Of a stretch of 18,064 bases of DNA, positions 9,795 through 18,064 are shown piece by piece. The translations under genes were made by a program, and so were the position numbers. Below the pieces are notes generated by a model that was given only the letters and a program-made list of their open reading frames with translations, did no database searches and had not been told where the DNA came from. Origin of the DNA: Rotaria sp. (lineage: Eukaryota). Position 1 is the first letter of the stretch; every line of letters starts with the position of its first letter. Where the stretch lies: positions 226,458 through 244,521 of the forward strand of contig CAJNOF010000082.1 in the NCBI GenBank assembly GCA_905250055.1. The letters are read 5' to 3'.

Positions 9795-10382
9795 ATCATT
9801 CTTTTTGTATCCTAAAAATGAACTTTTTATTAATTTAAAATAAAATTTTAGTGATTACTACAGTTCTTCAAAAAAATAAATTATATTTAGTAGTGATAAT
9901 GTTTCGGCATAATCGACCACAGTCTAGATGCTACAAAAGAGAGTCTCAAAAGTTTGCACAGAAAAGTTTATGTCAATAACTCTTATGCAGATGAAATGAT
10001 TGAATTACAATACAGAATGCGTTAAAGGAATCTAAATGATGAATGTTACTTATAAAATAAATTTTGTAAGACATTCACTGATGATTGATGAAACAAAAGC
10101 GCCGAGAAAGTTGTTACGTTTGTGTTGAGCATACTATCAATTGGTATTGTCGTATTGAACGATGGCAGAGAATAGAAGAAAAACAAAACACATGGAAGAA
10201 AATTGAACAAGAAAATAATCATAAAGGATAGAGCCAACAGTTCTTTTGATTCTGTAATAAACCTAAATCATTAATCACTTAGAGAAAATTATGTTTTGAG
10301 CCTCTCAAATAGCAACTTTATGGATGATATGACGAAAACTTAATTAAGATGATAAGCGAAGCTTTTGGCGCAATATATGTCA

Positions 10383-10440
10383 GTGTGGATGTATTCGTAT
10401 AGATGACAAAAAACCACACTCACATCCTACACCCATACCC
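10383..10440. repeat. TGTGGG-type hairpin, copy C1 (degenerate)
   Basis: The GT arm is GTGTGGATGTA (10383-10393). The CA tract is CCACACTCACATCCTACACCCATACCC (10414-10440). Its reverse complement, GGGTATGGGTGTAGGATGTGAGTGTGG, is homologous to the copy A arm GGGTATGGGGTGTAGGTGTGA. Confidence 0.6.
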
Positions 10441-10477
10441 TATTTAGATAGTTCGAATAAAAGAAAAAAAAGACAGA

Positions 10478-10523
10478 GAGTGTGGTTGTGGGTATGGCTC
10501 TTATCTCTACTCATACCATACCC
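10478..10523. repeat. TGTGGG-type hairpin, copy C2 (degenerate)
   Basis: GAGTGTGGTTGTGGGTATGG (10478-10497), a 14-nt loop, then CATACCATACCC (10512-10523). It shares the AGAGAGTGTGG lead-in with copy A. Confidence 0.6.
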
Positions 10524-11141
10524 TAGGATTCGTTCATAGTGTGAATATTTTTTTTTATCTGCGTATGTAAGTATAGTGGATTAAATAAGGATTTAACAAG
10601 TCGAAGTCTTACCAAGATATTCCAATCGAATCTACATGTAATGTACGTAATAGACATTCTGACTCAATTCTTTTTTGAAATAATACGTCCATGTGATTTG
10701 TACCTACATTATATAATCATCTTTAGTTGCTTTCCTTTTATCCATAGAAGTTTGTTTTGGATCGTGTGAATTCATTTCTAGATTCGAATTTTCTTTTTTC
10801 TTCATAGATGAAAAACTATCGAAACAGAATATATAGAATGATTATCATGATCACGTGAAATAGGAGATTGCTGATGACCAACATTTGCTTTTGTTGAAAA
10901 ACAGATCATAATACCATAAAGATGCGTCAACTTTTATTTGTATGTATATGACATAAATCATAAAAGTCATGATGTTAAATTACTCGACGGTTATTTATTA
11001 TTTTATTTTTGTTTGACAATATAGATACACAAAAAAGCATTGAATGATTCTCATTCATCTTTTTAAAGCATCACTAATGTCAATAAAAAAAAAGAAGGTT
11101 CGTCGAACGGAGAATAGATATAAAGTGAATGTAATTGCAAT

Positions 11142-13455
11142 CTATTTAATCTGCACACCAGACATTATGTTAGGCAGCTCCATGAGTTGATGGTTTGCCC
11201 TTTTTAATTTATAGGATAATATTTGAGAAGCCGTATGTATCTCATTCTGTTCTGTAACAGCATTTGCCATATTTCTGATAGGTACAACGCGAATATTCCA
11301 ACGTCCGAAACATATTATGAATAATGAATGTACTAGATTAAATAGTTCAATTCGAAAAGTACCCGATGCTAATATATATAAATAGAATGCTGAAACAGGA
11401 AATAGAAACACACATAATTCAGCGGAAAAAAATGCAAATTTTTCAATAGCTAAACGATCAGGTGACTTATTTGGAACATTACTAGTTATAGCAGCGTAAA
11501 GTGTATAAATAAATTGAGGTGATTGAACAATACAATAAACAATGACTTGTATAAATAGCATGGCTAATGCATTTTGATCACGTGTACGCTGAAGATGTGT
11601 ATTAGTACTTTGTTGAGTAGAAAGAATACTAGCATGTATCTGTTGTTCATGTATATCTCGTTTGGTTGCAAGATTACGTCGAATGAGTAAAGCACTTACA
11701 ATCATAATTGTTGCAGGAAAGATACCCCCCGTAGTTAACAAATAGATACTGTGATAGAGTGCCGCTGCTCGATTATATACGATAGCACAAATACCAGCCG
11801 CTTCACGTATCTCATAGAATATTAATGTATGAATAGGTAAGACAAGCCAAACGCCAATAACAATAAGAATCACCCGACGTGCTACATGTACTTGTGCAAA
11901 TCTTCGTACACGAACATTTCTTGAACTTAATGCATATCGATCGAGACAAGCCATAGTTATCATCCAACGTCCCATCATCATAGTTGACTGCAATATATAG
12001 AGACGTGCCTTACAAAATGCACGTATTGTTGTAATTGGATCTGGATGATTGAGTGAATAGAGATAAGTACCACAACTCAAAGCTATAGTTATGATCAATA
12101 TTGTTGATGCGCCCAAAAAGTCTACAAAGAACAAATTTATAATGATCAGCAACACGAGTGATATTGTTTTTGACATTTTAATTCCGTAGAAAATGCGCTA
12201 ATAGCTATTTGTTTTTAAATTTTCTATGAAAACCAAGTTCACGTAGATTTATTAACCTTTTTTCACATTTGTTCAGTGATTTCATATATTAAACAGTTTA
12301 AATCGAAAGTATAGTGGAACGAGAAAAACTTATATGAACAAGAAGCAAAGGTTTTATTGCTCTTTGTAAAAAAAAAATAGAAAAGCAATTAACTCACTTA
12401 TACTATGTTGAGAAAACTAGCTTGAACACTTTTGAATTATAATCAACGCGAAAATATGTTTACATTTCTTTAGAAATAGAGTTGTAAGACATCGGGGACA
12501 CTTCAAAAATGAGTGCTAGGTATGTTGAGTCAATAGATCTGTCAGTTAAAAAAACATTAATTCATAAATATTAGGTGGCTCTTATCATGCATGAATCATT
12601 CTGACATATTAATAATTACTCTACAGCGTGGCAGCTTGTCAAAAAAACTCTCTCGTTCTTTAAGATGCTACCTACGCTGAAATTTAGAATGTAGGCATTA
12701 GTTACTATTTTATTTTTATAAAACCTAATGCAGCTAGAGGTGATCAATGTCGGAACTAAACTCAAAGTTCAAAGATTGAAAATCTAATGTAAAATATCTG
12801 CGAATATCTAAAGACTGTTATTCTCTTGAGATTAATGCTCTACAAATACGGCTATTCAGTTAGGAAAATTTTCCAATGATTATGATTTATCCTATGATTG
12901 AAACATTTCTGTTGTTACCTCTTGTCTACTTCATTGTATTTAATCTTACTATTCCCATTATATGTAAGATACAAATCAGTTGAACCTTATTATTGAGATT
13001 GATCATCGTAGTATTACAAACTGAAATAATTGATCAAAAATGAGTTCAATGTTTGGATATTGAAAAGGCTCGATAGAAACAAAAACTCCTTAATAAGATC
13101 AACAAAACTTATAGTTATCAGTCAATTAAACACGTTTGCATTGGTTTATATCAAGCTCCGAAATCCACTTTTGCAATAGACAACATTTTACACACTGATT
13201 TCTGTTTGATAGGATTCATCTTTTTGGAGAACGATCGAGTTTTAATCAATTAAAAGTATTTTATAGATATATTCTGTCTGATAATAATTTACACTTACAA
13301 TTACAGCATGATGTTACGCGAAATTGTCGTCGTGACAAGAGAATGACATTGAGTAAACAACCTGGTACACCGAATATGATCCATGCCGAGCAACCATAAC
13401 GAATTAATTGTTGTTGAACAATGGCTAGTGTTGTAATTATCGTTGATGAAGCCAT
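11142..13455 (-). CDS. Two-exon gene for a ~378-aa divergent rhodopsin-like (class A) 7TM receptor, orphan
   Basis: Exon 2 (11142-12121) lies within ORF 11142..12176. It carries C3.25-to-R3.50 spacing of exactly 25 residues (AFCKARLYILQSTMMMGRWMITMACLDRY), W4.50 (IGVWLVLP), P5.50 (GIFPATIMIV), P6.50 (YCIVQSP) and a TM7/helix 8 region (FPVSAFYLYILASGTFRIELF). Exon 1 (13299-13455) encodes MASST..YGCSAWIIFGVPGCLLNVILLSRRQFRVTSCCN, which is TM1 with N1.50. The donor T|GTAAGT is at 13298 and the acceptor TTTGTTCTTTGTAG| at 12122. The junction creates ..CCN-Y-FLGAS.., an NYFL-type start to TM2. It gives 53 residues from N1.50 to C3.25, against ~55 in typical class A receptors. Confidence is ~0.9 for the exon 2 core and ~0.6 for the exon 1 linkage. 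Confidence 0.75.
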
Positions 13456-13969
13456 TGTTGTGCATGAAAAAGTTCTCTTAGTTTTTCTGCTCCTTTGTTT
13501 TTGACAAACTCAAGCTGTGTAAAAAAAATACTGTTTTGAATAATAAAAGAAACGAAAACATGTGAAAGTTGAGACACGGAAGTGTTGAAAAGAAGAGAGA
13601 AACACTTCATATAATACATTTCAAAATATAATTAATGCAAGTAATAATGGCGTGAATAACTCAAAAGCTCGGTGATCTACTCGTTTGGCAGATGTTTAAA
13701 CAGTGAAATGGTTTTAAAATGGTTCAAAAAGTCATAAAAATAATGATGCAAAATTTTCATAACTAATAAATTCTACGCAAGGCACTAAAATAATTACTTT
13801 GAATAAAATGAGAATCGTGTCAAAAATAGAATGTTAATATCAGAAATAAAAACAGCCATTTTTAGACTATTTTAGTAACATTCTCCGTTGCCATATCTTC
13901 CTCAATGATTGTCCATTAGAATTATTTAAAACCTTCGTTGCCGTCTAAAATACCTTTTCTTATAACGAT

Positions 13970-14013
13970 GTGAGTATGGGTGTATTTGAAGAGAAGATCC
14001 ACAACCCACACCC
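13970..14013. repeat. TGTGGG-type hairpin, copy D (degenerate)
   Basis: GTGAGTATGGGTGTA (13970-13984), the loop TTTGAAGAGAAGAT, then CCACAACCCACACCC (13999-14013). The CA arm is preceded by AGATCC, as in copies A and E. Confidence 0.6.
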
Positions 14014-15971
14014 TCAAACTTTCCTTTCTTTTCTCTTACACAGCACGATTGATTGGACTCAAACTATTTTTATGAACACTTCGATCAAGTTGCGGCACGT
14101 ATTTTGGTAGATTTTACAAAACTAGCACCATTTGAAAAAAAACTTATTTTTAATGGTTTTTTTAATAGCGTCTCTAGTGTTTTGCTTCTTTTTTCAAAGA
14201 AAAAAAAATACACACACACTCAAATCTGTTGCCACTTGTCGTAGTAAAATTTCAGCCCAAAAAAAGCGTAATGTAAATGTTTGGAGACGAGCAAAATTTC
14301 AGATCCTTTTTGGCTCTTGGCTTCTCAAGGTCTCTGGAAAAAAAAAGCATTTCGGAAGTTTGCATTTTTCACCAACTTTGTTCAATTCATCGAGATCTAT
14401 CTACCTTGAAAGTTTACAAAATTTTCGCCTCACTGTTCTCAAGAAACCTTGAAAAAAGGAGGGACTTGATTGCAGCAGAATTAAAGATTACATCTTATAT
14501 TTATATTATGTATGACATATGCAAGAGTCACAGCGATCTACGTCTCGAAATCAGCATAATAGACAATATATAACTCAAGAAACAAATCAGGAATTTAGAT
14601 AAAAGTTAGGACATTTAAAAACTGATGGTGATATTTCTGCCAAGGACCAAACCTGCATTAAAAATGAATGAAGTAAAGATTACTTGTTAAAATTACAACG
14701 TAAAAATGATTAAGGAAAAATCAACTATGTCATGGCATAATTTCTTGTTAAATATATACTTCCTATTCTGTTCTTTTCCCTTGCATTCTCTCTCTATGTT
14801 ATTATTAAATATCTAAGAATTTTATTCGCATGATGGAAAACATACTGAATAACAACAAAAATTAATTAGAAATTTTATTAGCGCAGTCTGTTGAAAGCTT
14901 AAATGCGAAATTCATAAATCTCCTTTAGCTTCATTATAGTAATTAACACAAAATACACAATGAATGAAATCTCTAAAAGATGATAATTCTCTTTCAATAA
15001 TGATGGATTGTCAACAAACTTTAATTCTTTTTTATTTCTACATGTTGAACAGAGGTTTTGTTTTCTTTTTTTTACATGCATTATTCTTTTCGTCTTCACT
15101 GTTGTTATTTGCTCGGTATTTTTCATTTTCATATTTCATTTTTCTTAATTTAAGATTTTTTTTATTAGTATAAGCATTAAATTAAATGGCACTTAAGGCT
15201 ATTGTAAATATTTCCGGTTTCTTAAATTTGTAATAGGAAGGAGAAGTGTTGAAACTTGGACTTAAAATCTACACCCAATATCTTTTTTGAAAATATAGAT
15301 GAATTCCCCACAATATCGATAGACAACGATGTCTTAATGTTGAATATGAACGGTTAGAAGAAAAAGAAATCCAGTTAATGTTAAGCTAGCTGATTTGGAA
15401 AATTAATTATTTGAAAGTAATCAAAATGGTGACAAATTACGAAAAAACAGAAAAAATGAATGATTGAAATAAATATAAATTGAACATAATCTTTTTGTTG
15501 TGAAAAATATTCTATAAATATTTCTATATAAGTTTTGAAGAAACACAGTACAATAAAAGAGCATGTCATAATCACGCAAATACTGTCGTATAGAGACCGA
15601 CCATAAAATATCAGCATTAAATCAGAATTTTCAATTATGAGAGGATAATTATGACACTTGAAAACAGTTAGAAAAATAAAAATCAGGAAAACAGTATCGC
15701 CGTGAGACCTCCATATGGCATTGCTTAATAAATATCGAAACGTCAGTCATAGACTACATTAGTCTGTCAGAAAAAGAAAAAAAAAACATCTCTTGAACAT
15801 GTCTGTCATTATACAGAACATCAATTTGAGTACTCAAACTTTCTAAATATTGTACTCATTTTATTTTGTAGTTTCTATTCAATAATTGAGTGGCGCAGGA
15901 CAGAATTTCACTTTCACTTCAATAGTTTCAAACGTAGATAAAAGTCCAATTTGTTCTGTAATATATTTAAT

Positions 15972-16025
15972 GCGTGGGTGTGGTTATCGATATGTTTGAG
16001 AGTGAAGTGAAGATCCATATCCACA
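15972..16025. repeat. TGTGGG-type hairpin, copy E (degenerate)
   Basis: GCGTGGGTGTGG (15972-15983) and CCATATCCACA (16015-16025). The CA arm is preceded by AGATCC. The loop is ~31 nt. Confidence 0.5.
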
Positions 16026-17463
16026 GATTACTCAAAAACTCACGATGCATGTAACCACATCGTCTTTCAATGCTTTGATTTTCTGCGTTTTGTGAATTCT
16101 TCGATCTTCTCAAGTTTCTATATTGATGTCATATTCTATCTGTTTTTGCTTCTTTTTTATGTCATTATACTATCGCTTCTTGTTTTCATTTTATACTCTC
16201 TTCATATCATCATTTTTTTCTTTCTCTCTTCTTCTACTTGTTTATTTTTGAATGTGTATGGACCCACATGTTTGTCTGTGGAGAGCCATATTGCAGGCAT
16301 ATATGTTTTAGGCCTTCACTTATTCCATTATTATCAATATCTGTTTTATTCTGTTCACATTCTTTGGTTCTTTTTCTTTTTCTAAATCAGTACTCTTTTT
16401 GGATTATGTTGTTCAAGAAAAGGGTATCTTCTAATATGTAATGTGCGTGATTCTGCCATGTCAAATTCAGTACACTCTATATTAAAATTATTACTCATCT
16501 CTGTTAATACAAAAAGAACGTTACATGTTTTTTCTCTTCTTTCTCTATTTTATTAAAAAAAAATGTCAGTGGAAAAAGCCGACCTTGGTTAATATTCTTA
16601 TAAGTCTTTATTGTTGCATGCCATCGAAAAAAATCAAAGATGAAGGCTTTAATAAAAATATTGCTAGTTTACTACTTAGTGAAAATGTTTGTATAAACGC
16701 TCTAACAGCCAATTTTTATGCAACTCTAAATGAAACTGATAAAATTAATATTGTTCGTCTTGAAAAAGGACTTCTTTTATTTATGTATGTTTATAAAATA
16801 GTGATTGGGAAGCTAGCAATTGAAATGACTTTTTAGAATCATCGTCTTTGTTTTTACATGATTAAAGATGGAAAATGTACTAAACTATTTGGTGAATGTT
16901 ATCATGAACATCAATCAACATATCGACAAACAAATCTTTGTTCTTTTTGGTATATAGATAATTCATGTAAAAACATGCCTCGACGTTTGGAAATCTCTTA
17001 ATTTTGAAGAACAATTAAGATATCGTCGTTTTATCAGTAGAGAAAATGAAGTGAATGTTTACAAATTTACTCAAAATATTGCTGGACATCATATTGATTC
17101 AGCAATCAAAGATTCAAATCATCAACAAGATCTATATAAAAATATCATTATCGTTAAGGTTCGTTTAGTACATATTCTAAGCTCTAAGCGAAAGAATTCA
17201 ATGGAACATCTGAATTTCTTGAAACCACAACAATGAAGCAATTGATTCAAGTGGAACATCTTCTTGTTTAACTTGAAAAAGCCAATGATACTCCAGAAAT
17301 ATCCTTTGATCTTGCTTAGACTTTTAGTTTTTATTGGTACTGACGGACTGAAAATAAACAATGTATTTATCTTAATCAACTGTCATCTTGGAGTACATAT
17401 CTAATTTGACTTCCAAAATGAGTTAGATTTCCAAAGACATGGCAGGAAATATTGTAGCACCAG

Positions 17464-17650
17464 AGTCAAAGCTAAAGTTTTCAACTCAATGATTATTTAT
17501 AATTTCAAGTAACATTATTTTATATAACCATAGCTAAAAGTCAAAGCTGAAGCTCTTATCTCAATTATAATTTATAATTCCAATTAGCACTGTTTTATAT
17601 AAGCATAACCAAAAACCAAAATTCAAGTTTTTATTGCAATAATAATTGAA
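17464..17650. repeat. Tandem repeat, ~75-bp unit, ~2.5 copies
   Basis: Unit 1 is 17464-17538 (AGTCAAAGCTAAAG..TATATAACCATAGCTAAA). Unit 2 is 17539-17614 (AGTCAAAGCTGAAG..TATATAAGCATAACCAAAA). A partial third unit runs into the left arm of the adjacent foldback element. Confidence 0.65.
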
Positions 17651-17927
17651 TGGATGGAAAAAGGCAGAAAGGAAAAATGTCGAAAGGGAAAAATATCGAA
17701 AATAAAAATGTTGAAAACAAAAAAATAACATGAATATGAACCAGTAAAGTTGAAGATGAGGGTGAGGGAGATTGATACTTCAATATACTCTCGTTTTCAT
17801 CACTTACATTCATCTAAATTTCTATTATTGTTGTTTTCGATATTTTCATTTTCGACATTTTTCCCTTTCGATATTTTTTCCTTTCGATATTTTTCCTTTC
17901 TGTCTTTTTCCACCATACCTAATAATT
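17643..17927. mobile_element. Foldback-type element: ~80-95-bp inverted arms built from ~16-nt subrepeats around a ~110-bp core
   Basis: The left arm (17643-17720) is ..GGATGGAAAAAGGCAGAAAGGAAAAATGTCGAAAGGGAAAAATATCGAAAATAAAAATGTTGAAAACAA. The reverse complement of the right arm (17829-17927) is ..GGTGGAAAAAGACAGAAAGGAAAAATATCGAAAGGAAAAAATATCGAAAGGGAAAAATGTCGAAAATGAAAATATCGAAAACAA. The right arm carries one extra CCTTTCGATATTTTT unit. There is no ORF, and the mirrored ORFs 17631..17813 and 17750..17941 are artefacts of the inverted repeat. Confidence 0.75.
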
Positions 17928-18064
17928 CACAAGTGAATTAGGACTACTCTATTTCAGAACAGCCATATAGTTCAAGTGTTTATGCCAATTATAATTAGAT
18001 ATTTCGAATAGATGTAGGCTCTTTACTGTAAAAGATAGCTGCCATTTTGAACATTGAATATAAA

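Noticed and set aside
7992-9799. Antisense ORFs 7992..8195 (-) and 9572..9799 (-)
   Set aside because: They lie opposite well-supported exons of the FAD oxidoreductase and encode low-complexity peptides.
9790-9844. AATAAA hexamers at 9790-9795 and 9839-9844 as the poly(A) signal of the oxidoreductase gene. A similar hexamer (TTTATT on plus, 10994-10999) could serve the receptor gene.
   Set aside because: The positions are plausible, but AATAAA is expected by chance at this A+T content. This cannot be supported without transcript ends.
10608-10617. CTTACCAAGA resembling the 3' part of the rotifer spliced leader as I remember it
   Set aside because: The match is only ~10 nt. No GT donor follows and no leader 5' half precedes it. 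The Sm-site-like AAATTTTTGG at 6936-6945 is unlinked. This is most likely chance in AT-rich DNA.
12122-12176. ATG at 12176 as the start codon of the 7TM receptor
   Set aside because: That start would remove TM1 and leave 36 residues between the candidate D in FFVDFL and C3.25, against ~27 in typical receptors. The GTAAGT/..TTTGTAG splice from 13299 to 12121 restores canonical TM1-TM2-TM3 spacing. The only other in-frame acceptor, at 12198, needs a weak GTAACA donor and gives an over-long loop.
14053-14573. Three overlapping + strand ORFs, and a weakly repeated motif set (AAAATTTCAG, TTCTCAAG, TTGAAAAAA)
   Set aside because: All three frames are open only because of A-runs and low complexity. 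The peptides are K/F/L-rich with no domain signature. The repeats are too degenerate for me to define a unit with confidence.
16092-16441. ORFs 16092..16385 and 16238..16441
   Set aside because: This is a pyrimidine-rich, low-complexity tract (FFFLSSS-type peptides). There are no splice-consistent partners and no motifs.
17631-17941. ORFs 17631..17813 (-) and 17750..17941 (+)
   Set aside because: Both are low-complexity F/S/P-rich read-throughs of the foldback arms. Their near-identical peptides on opposite strands are a consequence of the inverted repeat.

Overview
This window is AT-rich eukaryotic nuclear DNA, not a prokaryotic locus. The long ORFs only make sense when joined through GT..AG introns, four of them 53-82 nt long. 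I can support three protein-coding genes and one Pol III tRNA gene. The genes are (1) a five-exon type I membrane glycoprotein of unrecognised family at 3078-5472 (+), (2) a two-exon bacterial-type FAD-dependent oxidoreductase at 8000-9794 (+), and (3) a divergent rhodopsin-like 7TM receptor at 11142-13455 (-) whose TM1 lies on a separate upstream exon. The tRNA at 6635-6705 (-) is followed by a T8 terminator. The intergenic DNA is unusually rich in self-complementary elements. There is a ~465-bp imperfect palindrome, a ~710-bp TIR-bounded non-autonomous transposon full of CGG-containing subrepeats, and a foldback element with arms made of ~16-nt subrepeats. There are also at least six short hairpins whose arms are degenerate (TGTGGG)n/(CCCACA)n. 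As I recall, that hexamer is the bdelloid-rotifer telomere repeat. Together with the short introns and AT-richness, it suggests a bdelloid-like metazoan, but this cannot be proven from the sequence alone. I see no CRISPR array, no operon and no multi-gene system. The items most worth follow-up are the telomere-hexamer hairpin family, a tRNA with a Gly-like body but a Val (GAC) anticodon, and the possibly horizontally acquired oxidoreductase. About half the window (1-3077 and 13620-18064) has no coding feature I can defend.
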